Made by a program: the position numbers and the translations under genes. From NCBI GenBank assembly GCA_038861545.1, contig JAWCCZ010000002.1, forward strand, positions 160,001 through 224,000: a stretch of DNA of 64,000 nt, given 5' to 3'. The notes under the pieces were generated by a model. That model saw only the letters and a list, made by a program, of their open reading frames with translations, made no database searches and was not told the origin of the DNA. Origin of the DNA: Thermofilaceae archaeon. Its GTDB lineage: Archaea > Thermoproteota > Thermoprotei > Thermofilales > Thermofilaceae. Below, piece by piece: positions 48,661-59,600 of this stretch (position 1 is its first letter; each line of letters opens with the position of its first letter).

Positions 48661-48948
48661 ATGCTCAGTTTCGGTCCTGATGTTGAGCGGCTAGCTAGAA
48701 AGCTGGTAGCAGGCTACATGGTCTACTTCTCTTACGATCTGCTTAACTCAGAGGGGAGGAAGATTTTCGAGGAGATGGCTAGGATGCTTATACACGAACA
48801 TCCAGAGTTGAAAAACATAGTCGTGAAAGCTAGGAAGAATCCTACACTCGAAAACGTGATGAAGATTGCTGAAAGGATTCTGGGCCCGGAGGCTCGGATT
48901 TTGCTAAGAAACTCTGTTAACGGCCCATATAGTTACTACGAGCTTTAA
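48661..48948 (+). CDS. Small conserved hypothetical protein
   Basis: ATG about 25 nt after TTTTTAATA; helical protein-like composition. Confidence 0.7.
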   Translation: MLSFGPDVERLARKLVAGYMVYFSYDLLNSEGRKIFEEMARMLIHEHPELKNIVVKARKNPTLENVMKIAERILGPEARILLRNSVNGPYSYYEL

Positions 48949-49006
48949 TATCAGGAGCCTGGATCCGCTCATAGCTTAGCTCGCTGCTTCCAACCTTCAT
49001 CACAGG
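48949..49006 (-). ncRNA. Probable C/D-box guide sRNA
   Basis: Minus strand: C box GTGATGA (49003-48997), 12-nt guide, D'-like GCGA, C'-like GCTATGA, 14-nt guide, D box CTGA (48954-48951). The 53-nt C-to-D span fills the intergenic gap. Confidence 0.6.
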
Positions 49007-49010
49007 CTGA

Positions 49011-51677
49011 CTATTTCCGTTTACTATTAAAGTTGACTACTAGTTTATATGCTTCGATAGACACAAATGGAATTGTTATATACGGGACAATTTCCAGTAG
49101 CTCATTAAAGGTAAGTGGGGTTAATTCAAATACTGTGGATAGCGGCGTGTAAATTGGAATAAGCGACAGTGCAATTCCAGCCAGTATACTTAGAAAAAGC
49201 AGCTTGTTTACAGTCTTCAGTTTAAAGAAGGGAAGTTTTTCACTCCTGAACGCATAAGAGCTTATAGTTTCTCCAAGACAGAAGAAAGCGAAAGCGGCAG
49301 TTCTAGCCTTAATTATCCCTATTGGGAGAAAGACTAAAAGCATAAAAATCGTTAAGCTAGCCGTCAGCGCTCCAATACCGGTGTAAGCCGCGATCCTCCT
49401 AAGAGATATGAGCCGTTCACCTATCCCACGTGGTGGCCGCTCCATTACACCGGGTTCCTCAGGCTCCAAACCCAAAGCTAATGCTGGTAATGAATCTGTA
49501 ACCAGGTTTATCCATAATAGCTGGGAAGCGGACAATGGCACCGGTAGACCTAGAAGCTCGGCGCTCAATACAGCAAACACTTCGCCAAGGTTGCAGGATA
49601 ACAGAAAATCTATTGGCTTCTTCACGTTCTCGTATATAATCCTACCCTGCTTCACAGCCTCAACTATAGTTGAATAATTGTCATCCGCGAGTACCAAGTC
49701 TGCAACCTCTTTCGCTACATCAGTACCCTTAATGCCCATGGCTACACCCACGTCAGCAGCTTTCAATGCTGGAGCATCGTTTACGCCATCCCCAGTCATA
49801 GCGACTACATACCCTTTCCGCTTCAGGGCTCTTACTATACGTAACTTATGGGTTGGAGTTACACGCGCGAATACGCTTACAGTTTCAAGCGCTTTTTCAA
49901 GCTCCTCATCACTCATCCGATCAACCTGGCTTCCCTTCAGAGCAGCACCGGTATCTATGCCGACTTCCTTAGCTATGGCGCTAGCTGTTAACTCGTGATC
50001 ACCCGTAACTATGATTGTTCGTACACCAGCATGCTCAGCTAAATCGACAGCCTCTTTAACGCCTTCGCGGGGTGGATCCCATATCGCGAGCACTGCTAGG
50101 AACACCATATCTTTTTCAATATCATCTACATCAGCATCCACCAGCCATGCATCACCTATCCTGTAAGCCGCGCCTAAAGTCCTGTAACCCTTGGATGCAT
50201 AAGCTTCAATTGCATCTAAAAGGGCTTTTTCAAGCTCTTGTGTTAAAGGTTGCTGCTCCCCATTAACTTCGATCTGCGAACAGCGTTTAAGTAAGAGCTC
50301 TGGGGCGCCGAAGGTTGCTACAAACACTCTACCGTTGGGTAAACTGTGAAGAGTGCTCTTCCGCTTTCTAACTCTATCGAAATGAAGAGTTCTCAGCCTT
50401 GGATACTTATCCGCTATGTCAAACCCCTTCCTTAGGGAAAGATCTTTCAATGCAACCTCTGTGGGTTGACCTCTAAGGATTATTTTACTACCGGATTTTT
50501 CGACGGCGACATCGTTATAAATAGCGCACATGTAGAGGAGCCGCTCGACCCCTTTGCTTTCAGGTAAACTACTGTTCATACTTACCGTAGAGTTTACATC
50601 CAAGTCCTTTAAGTCGATGAAGATCCTTCTAACCTCCATCTCCCCTTTAGTTATAGTACCGGTTTTATCGCTGCAGATCACGTTGCAAGCCCCTAAGGTT
50701 TCAATAGCAGCTAACTTCCTCACTATCGCGTTAACCTTAGCCATTCGAAGCGCCCCAATCGCCAGTATGGCAGTTGCTATTGCTGGCAAGCCCTCGGGAA
50801 CAGCGGCTACGGCAAGTGCTGCAGCTGTTAGCATTGCATCGGCTAATCCCTCTCCTATGGCTAGCTCTAACAGGAAAACAAGGGCGCAAAGAGCCAATAA
50901 GAGACCGCCAATCCATTTCCCGAAACGATCAAGTTCAACTTCTAAAAGAGTCTTCTGAGCCTCGACCTGTTCCAAGCTAGCCGCTATCTTACCTAGCTCA
51001 GTCGACATGCCTGTAGCTACTACGACGCCTTTACCTGCGCCTTTGACGACATAAGTTCCTGTAAAGACTATGTTGGATCGCTCGTAAACTTGGGCATCCT
51101 CCGGCAGCACTTGACTTGGATCCTTTTCTACCGGAATGCTTTCCCCAGTTAAAGGTGATTCATCGACTTCTATGTTCTCAGCTTCTATCAACCTTAAATC
51201 CGCTGGAACTCTATCTCCTTCGCTGAGAATTACGATATCACCGGGTACAATAAATTTAGCTTCAATTAATTTAACTTGACCATCCCTGATAACTTTAGCT
51301 TTGGGTGCAGCCATTTCCTTAAGAGTTTGAACAGCTTTTTCCGCCTTGTACTCTTGCAGGAAACCAGCTACCGCCATTAGGATGATGATGCCCACGATTA
51401 ATACTGAATCTAAAACCTCTCCAAGTGCGAAGGACAGGAGAGTTGCCGCTAATAGGATATACACAAGAAAGCTCTTAAACTGGCTCAGAAACATTAGAAT
51501 AGGGTTAACGCGTTTACCTGCAAGCTCGTTGAAACCATATTTTCGAATTCTTTCCTCTGCCTCTTGCTCGGTAAGCCCCTTTAGCGAAGTACCCAGTTTC
51601 GCAAGCGCTTCATTAACGCTAACTGAGTGCCACATTTCGTGTCGGAGCGAGAGTTCAAAGTAGTAAAAAAACTTCAC
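49011..51677 (-). CDS. P-type cation-transporting ATPase, P2A (Ca2+-type); start probably ATG 51635
   Basis: LTGES, VPEGLP, DKTGT, TGDGVNDAP, SCNLGE, WINLVTD. Confidence 0.96.
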   Translation of the reverse strand: MKFFYYFELSLRHEMWHSVSVNEALAKLGTSLKGLTEQEAEERIRKYGFNELAGKRVNPILMFLSQFKSFLVYILLAATLLSFALGEVLDSVLIVGIIILMAVAGFLQEYKAEKAVQTLKEMAAPKAKVIRDGQVKLIEAKFIVPGDIVILSEGDRVPADLRLIEAENIEVDESPLTGESIPVEKDPSQVLPEDAQVYERSNIVFTGTYVVKGAGKGVVVATGMSTELGKIAASLEQVEAQKTLLEVELDRFGKWIGGLLLALCALVFLLELAIGEGLADAMLTAAALAVAAVPEGLPAIATAILAIGALRMAKVNAIVRKLAAIETLGACNVICSDKTGTITKGEMEVRRIFIDLKDLDVNSTVSMNSSLPESKGVERLLYMCAIYNDVAVEKSGSKIILRGQPTEVALKDLSLRKGFDIADKYPRLRTLHFDRVRKRKSTLHSLPNGRVFVATFGAPELLLKRCSQIEVNGEQQPLTQELEKALLDAIEAYASKGYRTLGAAYRIGDAWLVDADVDDIEKDMVFLAVLAIWDPPREGVKEAVDLAEHAGVRTIIVTGDHELTASAIAKEVGIDTGAALKGSQVDRMSDEELEKALETVSVFARVTPTHKLRIVRALKRKGYVVAMTGDGVNDAPALKAADVGVAMGIKGTDVAKEVADLVLADDNYSTIVEAVKQGRIIYENVKKPIDFLLSCNLGEVFAVLSAELLGLPVPLSASQLLWINLVTDSLPALALGLEPEEPGVMERPPRGIGERLISLRRIAAYTGIGALTASLTIFMLLVFLPIGIIKARTAAFAFFCLGETISSYAFRSEKLPFFKLKTVNKLLFLSILAGIALSLIPIYTPLSTVFELTPLTFNELLEIVPYITIPFVSIEAYKLVVNFNSKRK

Positions 51678-51860
51678 GCTAATAAGTGCTCGATTAAGAT
51701 GCTAAATCTAAACACAAAGTTTGCTGAAAACTCATTAATACCCATTAGCGTGTGTATCGAAGTAAATTGTTTTTCTGATCAGCCTTAGAGCGAGTTCCAT
51801 AAAAAGTTTCACTTATAAGATTAGTAAAAATATCTCCATGGGTTATACAGAAGGATACCG

Positions 51861-53435
51861 CTAGCTTTGCAACATTATGCGAGGTATAGGTTCCCAGTCA
51901 TCGAAAGGTGGTCTAACCCGCTTGCACTCCTCCGGGTTCAGTGAAAGCAAATGTGCTTTAGGAAGAGCGTCCAGCAAGTCGGTTGCTAGAATGTGGTATC
52001 CTCTCTCCATAGCTACTAAATCTCCGGCAAGTCCGTTAACGAACGCGGCAGCACACGCGGCCCTGAAGGGATCCTTTGTCCACGCGAGAAACGTAGCGGT
52101 AACGCCTGTGAGCACATCCCCTGTGCCTCCAACCGTCATTCCAGGATTACCGGTTTTATTCAATTTCACCCGCTCGCCGTCGCTTACAATGTCAATGTGT
52201 CCCTTCAAGAGTACAGTGCAACCCGTCATAGAGGACAAACGCTTAGCCGCTTCTACCCTTTCCTCAACATTTTCACCGACGCTCCAGCCCGTTATCGCTT
52301 TCAGCTCACCGGCATGGGGGGTTAGTACCACCTTGCCCCCTTTAACTGAATAAATGTCAGTTGCCAATGCTTTAAGCGCGTCTGCGTCGATCACCATTAA
52401 TTTGCTGGAAGAGAACTCGGTCATTAAGCGTAGAGAAGCTTCTAAGGTCTCTTCGGCGAGACCCAAACCCGGGCCTATGGCTACTACATCAAATTTCTCT
52501 GCTACTTTTAAAAGTTCATTCAGAAGCTTCGGCGTTAAACGTTTCCCCTCATAGGGGACTACTATCAAGTTCGGTGAGAAGGCCCTTACTGGGCCTGCTG
52601 CCTGTTCGGGGACCGCGACCGCGACTAAGTCGGCCCCCATTCTTAAGCTGGCCAAAGCCGTAAGAGCTGGAGCGCCCGTGTAGGTTTCCGAGCCGCCGAT
52701 AATCAATACCCTTCCGAAATCACCTTTCTTGCTCCAAGGCCTTCGAGACTTCGTGGCGGCTATCGAGTCCCCGGGGCCACAGATAAGCTCAGCCTCAAGC
52801 GGAACGCCTGCCTGCTCGACGACAAGCTCACCCACGTACCTCTTAGCCTCTTCCCTCAGCAGGCCTGGCTTGGCAGTGTGGAAGGTAACCGTGAGATCCG
52901 CTTCAACAGCGACGCCCAATACCTCCCCAGTGTCCGCGTCCAAGCCCGAGGGGACGTCAACCGCAACCTTGAGCATGGAGCCCGAGTTGTTCACCGCCTC
53001 AATGGCCCTCCTGTAGGGGCCCCGAACCTCGCTTTTAAGCCCTGTACCAAATATCGCGTCGATGATAACGTCGGCCGACTCCAGCAGCGCAGGTGCGCGC
53101 TCGGCACAGGGGTCCACGACTAACTCCACCGTCGATGCCATCGAGCGCAGTGCCTCAAAGTTGGCCCTCGCCTCCCTAGTCCTGATAGCCTCGGCTCGCG
53201 CGAGAAGGGCTACTGTTACACGGGCGAAGGGGGCTAGGTGACGGGCAGCAACCATGCCGTCACCGCCGTTGTTCCCGGGGCCGCAGAGGATTAAAATCTT
53301 CTCCCCCTTCAGCCTCGACTTCACGTGCCTGGCTACGGCAGCGCCTGCGTTCTCCATCAGCTGGAGGCGGCTGACGCCTAAGTACTCGGAGTTATCATCA
53401 AAGATCGATAAATCTAGGCTGGTTAAGACACGCAC
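51861..53435 (-). CDS. nnr: Bifunctional NAD(P)H-hydrate epimerase/dehydratase
   Basis: LMENAG, GPGNNGGDG, DAIFGTG, VDVPSG (YjeF_N); KGDFGRV, GPGLG, DADA, TPHAGE, GGTGDVLTG (YjeF_C). Confidence 0.95.
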   Translation of the reverse strand: MRVLTSLDLSIFDDNSEYLGVSRLQLMENAGAAVARHVKSRLKGEKILILCGPGNNGGDGMVAARHLAPFARVTVALLARAEAIRTREARANFEALRSMASTVELVVDPCAERAPALLESADVIIDAIFGTGLKSEVRGPYRRAIEAVNNSGSMLKVAVDVPSGLDADTGEVLGVAVEADLTVTFHTAKPGLLREEAKRYVGELVVEQAGVPLEAELICGPGDSIAATKSRRPWSKKGDFGRVLIIGGSETYTGAPALTALASLRMGADLVAVAVPEQAAGPVRAFSPNLIVVPYEGKRLTPKLLNELLKVAEKFDVVAIGPGLGLAEETLEASLRLMTEFSSSKLMVIDADALKALATDIYSVKGGKVVLTPHAGELKAITGWSVGENVEERVEAAKRLSSMTGCTVLLKGHIDIVSDGERVKLNKTGNPGMTVGGTGDVLTGVTATFLAWTKDPFRAACAAAFVNGLAGDLVAMERGYHILATDLLDALPKAHLLSLNPEECKRVRPPFDDWEPIPRIMLQS

Positions 53436-53515
53436 AGTAGGACTACATTGCCAGCTAATTAAATTTACTTTAAAAGGAATTAAGAAAGAAAAGGGAAAGG
53501 GACAGGTTAGCCTGC

Positions 53516-53746
53516 TTACCTATAGCCCAGCATCATCTGCCTGCGTTCAAGGAAATCGCGGTGCTCTTTTAACAGGTTGAAAAGCGCAGTCCGAATCGCC
53601 TCACTCCTATTGTTGAATACACCCATATCCACGAGTTGATCGAGCGCGTCCAGAAGAGCCCTCGGTATATGGAAGCTTACGATATAAGTTTTAGAGCCTA
53701 TCACTAAAGGCGGTTTTCTGAGTTCCTCTTTGTTGCTCATCATCAT
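53516..53746 (-). CDS. Ribbon-helix-helix (CopG/NikR-N type) transcription regulator
   Basis: IVSFHIPRALLDALDQLVDMGVFNNRSEAIRTAL. Confidence 0.88.
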   Translation of the reverse strand: MMMSNKEELRKPPLVIGSKTYIVSFHIPRALLDALDQLVDMGVFNNRSEAIRTALFNLLKEHRDFLERRQMMLGYR

Positions 53747-53891
53747 AATATGTGGTGGGCAGGTATTTTAAGCTGATACTTGCATGATTTATACCCTTGT
53801 ATGATCGAATTAAAATAATAGTACGCGGGTAATACTGTACTTTAGCATGGAGGTCAACAATAAATACGCATGAATCGCCGGTGCTGACAGT

Positions 53892-54608
53892 ATGAGCACT
53901 ATCAACGCTCTAAAAACGAAGATAAGAGAAGAAGTTTGGAACACTCTCGACGTTAACAGAGTAGCTTCGCCTAGACCCAGTAAAGGTAAAATACCTACCT
54001 TCGCTGGTGCTCGAACCGCAGCCCTAAAGTTAGTTAAAAGAGATCTATTCAAAGGAGCTGAAGTGGTTTTCTCCACTCCAGACTCTTCGTTACAGCCAAT
54101 TCGAGAAGAAACGCTAAAAACCGGTAAAACGCTCGTAATGATAACCCCCAACCTTAGTGGATTCGTTATTGTAGATGGGGGCAGTATCCCAAACTATAGG
54201 ATCACGATTGCCGCTACACCGAGAGGGGCTTTAACATTCGGCCAAAGAGTTAAGGTACCTGAAAACGTTAAAGTGGATCTAATACTCGTGGGCAGCGTGG
54301 CTGTGGATAGGCTCGGCGGTCGCCTCGGAAGGGGGGACGGTCAGCAGGATATAGAATACGCTGTTCTGCGGGAGCTAAAGTTGATCAGCGACCAAACTCC
54401 AGTGGTTACAGCTATTCATGACCTCCAAATAGTTTCCAGGGTGCCAATGCTTTACCATGACTTACCAGTCGACTATATAATTACACCTACACTATTCTTA
54501 AAAATTCAAGACGGTTATAAGAAACCCTCAGGCATTATCTGGGATGTCGTGAACGCAGAGACAATAGAAAAACTCCCACTTCTTAAAATATTATATGGTT
54601 CCGTTTAA
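53892..54608 (+). CDS. 5-formyltetrahydrofolate cyclo-ligase family protein (COG0212 archaeal type)
   Basis: KTKIREEVW, IPTFAGA, DLILVGSVAVD..GGRLGRGDG, HDLPVDYIITP. Confidence 0.88.
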   Translation: MSTINALKTKIREEVWNTLDVNRVASPRPSKGKIPTFAGARTAALKLVKRDLFKGAEVVFSTPDSSLQPIREETLKTGKTLVMITPNLSGFVIVDGGSIPNYRITIAATPRGALTFGQRVKVPENVKVDLILVGSVAVDRLGGRLGRGDGQQDIEYAVLRELKLISDQTPVVTAIHDLQIVSRVPMLYHDLPVDYIITPTLFLKIQDGYKKPSGIIWDVVNAETIEKLPLLKILYGSV

Positions 54609-54720
54609 TGTATTGAAATAGAATGGTTCAAATCTGATTACCTCTAAGGTTTTAAAAGTAATTAACAAGAATTCAGATATAATGCCAGAGAATAAAGTAA
54701 AAATCTCTTAAATAAGAAAA

Positions 54721-56646
54721 TTAGTATGGAGCCAGCCACGTAGACTTTACCATTATGGCAAAAGATATTAACAGCGAAGTTGCTACACCATATCCAACGA
54801 CTGCACCAGCGTACACAGACCATTTAAGCCTCTCTACTGTTTCACGCTTGAAGCGAATTAGAATCCTATAAATTACGTGACCGATAGCTATCGATATCGC
54901 GTACGGAGGTATAGTTGAAGCTCCCACAGTAAATATCACGAGCGAGAATGGGATGCGTAAAACCTTCGTGACAAAGTGTAGAAGAACTCCTAGTATGAAT
55001 GCTGCTTCGAGAATAGGGTAGCTTTGACCCGGGTTTAGCAAAATCGATTGAAAAGCAGTGCCTCTCGTAATCCATAAGCAGCTTTGGATCACGTTTATGG
55101 GCCAGCTAGCTTGAGCCCAAGGATATGCTTGAGATGGAATCGGACCGAACAACCAAATGATACTCGTGTGGATGAAACTCATTATCAGCGAAAGAGGTAT
55201 CGCGATAGCGGCCACTGTGAGCACAACATCCCTAAGTTTTAATCCTATGTAGCGAGCCACGTAGAAGCGTGTACACCAAGTAACTCCATCACCCGGCATG
55301 GGGGCCAGCCAAGCACTGACTCCAAGCTGGCTGTGAACCGGTATATTACCTGAAGTCTGCGTAGTTATCAGAACTATCTCCCTCAGCGGTATTTGAGCCA
55401 CCGAGTAACCGGTTTCTCCGACACCCCTCGCGTTAATTAGAGTAGAGAATAACGGCCAAAACACCGTCAGAATAGTTAAAGGAAGTATTGGAAATGATGG
55501 AAGGAGCAACGCTAAACTCGCCGTCCAAGCAGCAACGCCTAGAAAATAAATCGCTAACAACTTCCAATACGAGAATCCGACTGGTGCATTACCCCTCGCG
55601 CTACCTCCAAGTGTTGAGAAAGCACTTTTAAGGAACCTGCCTATGCGTGTTAGCTCAACAACCATTATCGCGAAAGTTAAGCCCACGAACGCGCTGCTCC
55701 AAACATGTAGGTACGTGAACTGCCAGTTCAGCGTTATATTGAATCCTGGTGTCCACTCAGGAACCAAATCCCTGAAGTAGGATAACAGTAAGGAGTTACC
55801 GATTATCCATATGGTGATAGAGCCGATTAGCATAAGTACAACGTTAAATGTCGGAAGAATCAATCCTGCAAAGAATGTGAATAAGTCTGTAGCGATTCCT
55901 AGCAGAGTGCCGGGTAAGCCCAGCAAAGATTCGGCCCCTACTGATAGGTCAATAAAAGGTACCGGTATTAGCGTTACCACTCTGCCTCCCATCGTAGAGC
56001 CCAGTATATACGGTGTATAAACAAGCAGTGCGTAGACAAAAGCCGCTATAAAACCAAGAACCATAGCTCGCATTTTCTCATGCTCTCTTTCGCCCAGCGT
56101 AACAGCAATCTCTGCATCCACCCTAGCGAAGGGGAAAGGAAGTTTCTCCTCTATTACGTACATTTGATAAGCAAGGTATCCCAAGGGGAGTTCTATCACA
56201 AGCGGTAAAATAACCCCTAAGACAATTGAAACAAGAATTGGAATGAACCACTCCGGGTGAAGGAAAGTTCTGATTACCTGTTGTCTGATCAGAGGGTTAC
56301 TGGGAACCCACCATTCTGGTAGGTATTCAGTTACGCCGAAAGCCATTGCTTCAGGGCTGTTAGCAAAGTAAACCCTGTATATGAACTGGAAAAAGAACAC
56401 ATTATAGGCGGAGAGGCTTATTGCCAGATTCATCAAGTATATCTCCTGTGATGAAAGGAAACGGCCTCCAAAACTCCTGAGCACAAAGTTAAACAATAGA
56501 ATAGTTGTAAATGCAAGTCCTCCCGCGGCTCCCCCTATTAAGTTCATCCATATAGCTACTGGCATCAATGCGAGCGACGCAAAAATAGCAGCCAGTACAA
56601 CGCGGAAGGTTATACCGCTCACCAATTGGGATTCTTGTATGCTCAT
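54721..56646 (-). CDS. OPT/YSL-superfamily-like multi-pass transporter (start moved to ATG 56646, ATGA-coupled to the upstream gene)
   Basis: About 16 TM; GITFRVVLAA, LSSQEIY, EEKLPFPFARV resemble OPT-family motifs. Confidence 0.75.
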   Translation of the reverse strand: MSIQESQLVSGITFRVVLAAIFASLALMPVAIWMNLIGGAAGGLAFTTILLFNFVLRSFGGRFLSSQEIYLMNLAISLSAYNVFFFQFIYRVYFANSPEAMAFGVTEYLPEWWVPSNPLIRQQVIRTFLHPEWFIPILVSIVLGVILPLVIELPLGYLAYQMYVIEEKLPFPFARVDAEIAVTLGEREHEKMRAMVLGFIAAFVYALLVYTPYILGSTMGGRVVTLIPVPFIDLSVGAESLLGLPGTLLGIATDLFTFFAGLILPTFNVVLMLIGSITIWIIGNSLLLSYFRDLVPEWTPGFNITLNWQFTYLHVWSSAFVGLTFAIMVVELTRIGRFLKSAFSTLGGSARGNAPVGFSYWKLLAIYFLGVAAWTASLALLLPSFPILPLTILTVFWPLFSTLINARGVGETGYSVAQIPLREIVLITTQTSGNIPVHSQLGVSAWLAPMPGDGVTWCTRFYVARYIGLKLRDVVLTVAAIAIPLSLIMSFIHTSIIWLFGPIPSQAYPWAQASWPINVIQSCLWITRGTAFQSILLNPGQSYPILEAAFILGVLLHFVTKVLRIPFSLVIFTVGASTIPPYAISIAIGHVIYRILIRFKRETVERLKWSVYAGAVVGYGVATSLLISFAIMVKSTWLAPY

Positions 56647-59600
56647 GCAAACCACCCCCCAGCTTTTTCGATATACAGTTTTCTATCTTCTTCTTTTAGA
56701 GAACGCCAAACTAGCAGCCGTTTCCTGACCTCATCTACAAATCTCAGGTGATTAGCAATCCAGAGCTGGCGAGGGCCTGAAAGGTGTTCACTAGTCAGGA
56801 TAAGGCGAAATCTTAGTTCGCGTGGGCCTTTCCTAGCAATTAGCTGAATGCGCTCTTCAACTCCTAACTCGTATGGCCTTAGTCGAACCCTCATATCTGA
56901 TATGTAGGCTGTCTCCCTTCCTGACACGCTCTTAGAGTATGAAAGCCCAGTCACCATAAATGGCTGGGCTTCGCTACCGTAGGCGCGAAGGGATTCTCCA
57001 ATGAAAGCTAGTAATCCTCTCGACTCAGCTTCATTCCTAACGGTGAAAGGTAGCGAAATATCCCATCTACTTCCTCTAGGTCCAGAGGATGGCCTCCACT
57101 TTCGCTCAAGGGAAGGTACAACGATTTTCGATGCCATGTAGGCGGGGTAGACAGATGCTGTAACCACAGCTAAAATCGACACCAAGATACTCGTCACCAC
57201 AGCTAGAGATGCATAGTTAAGTAATGGACCAGCTGCAACAGGTCCTAAAGCAAGACCTAAAGTATACCCTAGCGGTGCACTAAGAAAAGCATATGTGAGA
57301 ACTTCTCCGAAGAAAACACCAGCCGCATCTCTCGGGCTAGCACCCACAGTAGCGTAAACCTGCATGTCCCGCATCCTTTCATATAAAGTTCCTAGAACCA
57401 CTGACACTAACATTAGGAAACTTATCACCATAGGCACAAGTACAAACTGCCATCCTCCACCTAAGTAAGCTACTTCTCTTCGTAGATAAAGGAAACTGGA
57501 GCCTGGAGCTTCTTCCGTAGCTGCATATACATTATGGGAATAGAACCCTATATACTCACTTAATTCATTGGCAACTTGCCTTATTAGATCCTTATCGTTC
57601 GACAGTAAAGCTACAGAAAAGGGATACCCACCTAAGCGCATGGCAAGCTTATATGGTATGTAAACAACCCCCCAATATGCCCGCTCCTTGATTGGCCCCG
57701 TTTTAAGGGGGTCAAAAGGTACGATTGGCTGACCGTCTAAGTCATATATCGTTCTAAGCAGTCTGCTGTCTATAATTCCCATTACAGTAAGCTCCATGCC
57801 GTAAAGGTATACCCTGTCACCTGGCTCTAGATTCAAAGTTCTGGCTATATCATCAGTTACATAGCATTGAAACTCATCATCAAGCGTGAACCATGGACTT
57901 AATGCCTCTATAATTACATTCTGGAGTTCTAAAGCTTCAGCCTCAGCCTTAGATAAGCCGATTATTCCGCTTATTAGCACCGACTGGCCTGCAATGTTAA
58001 ACAAATATATTCTCTGAGCTGGAATCCAAACCCTTGGGACAATTTTCATTTTTTCACCGTAAACCGTTGTCAAGTAATCAAGGAAAATAGGGTTGATTGG
58101 CTGAAAAGCTTCTCTACGTGTAACTAAAACTCCCGTGTAACGTGGGCTCCAAGTTACAGCTGGCTGTCCTGGTGGAGGTAAAGTAACTGTAACCCATGTG
58201 GAAGAGAGAGCGACAAATGATACTGTCGAGAACGTCACTAACGTTACGCCAATAATTGTAAGTACAGTCCTCATATGTCTTCGCCTCAGGTTCTCCACTC
58301 CTATACTGATAGCAGTCATGGTCAACGATAACCTGTCAACGGTAACGAACATAGGTCCCATAAACCTGCTACGTATTTCTCTCACTATATTGCTGAATTC
58401 GTCAAACATTAATATCATCACAGGGATAACTAGTATTAGCGAAGTAGCGCCGAGAGCCGTTAGGAAAGAGTAACTCGCCACTTTAAATCCAGGATGAAGT
58501 AAATACTGAATTACAGTCAGCGTTAACATTATCGAAACCAACGCTATTAACCGTTTCTTTCCCTCATAGTGTAGCACCAATCTTTCGAACATAAAGACGA
58601 ATGGTAAATTAAGCAAGAAAAAGAAAACCATTGCAACTCCCGTATCAATCACCATTGACTTGCTTTTCTCATAAGCATAAAGTGCGTAGTACCAAGCTTG
58701 TACGGTGTAGGCATAGTAATCGCTATAGCGGTATTCCATCAGAGCACTTTCAGCGAGCTCGAGATTTCTAAGAGCTTTTCTATAGAACTCATCTAAATCT
58801 GCTGCTGTGGCCCCCATAAGACCTGCGCCAGTGAGAGCTTCAACCCTTCTTTTCACGACAGCTAGCAGATCTCTTGTGACTCTGAGTATCGTGGGAGCCG
58901 TATCTAAATAGTTAAAGGACACCGGCACTCCTTCCTCGTCGTTTATGAGTAACCCAATCGGATTCCCCCCACTGGTGAGAACCATCTTAATGCAGATATC
59001 CTTTGGAACAAATACCACAGCTTCGTAACCTGAGGTTGGATCAGTTAACGTGAATCTCCCTTCTGGTTTTTCAAAAATGGGTGGCTCTGATACAACATAG
59101 CTGTAACTTGTTAACCCTATACCTGACCTGTCAAGTATTTGTATACCCCCAACTGGAGGGGTCAAGAGGGAACGTGGATCAAAGAACTCATGCAGCGCTA
59201 ATGTCGCCGACCTAAAGACTGCCAAGTTGACTAACTTTCTACCGCTTCCATCAATTAATTCTGTTTCAGAGGTAAAGAAGGTGTAACCGTAGGGCCAAGA
59301 TCTCGTACCGTAAACACCATAATCTGGAGCAAAAACTATATCGCCGGTTAACTTATCAATGATAAAGGGTAAAACCTGGTACTTAGCCACCGGCACTGCC
59401 CATCCGACACTTGGCGTCAATCCTTTCAAAGTAAAAGTCCCGTCCCTATCAGCAAGCTCTACCCATTCATGCCCAAGAAGATCGTTTCTCTCAAGAATCT
59501 TTACGTGTAGGACCATTTGATACCTTTCCTCTCTCAGATAGTCATGCCAGCTGTAGTTGTACCAGCCATGCTTAATATCCCATCTTCCAACCCTACCTTT

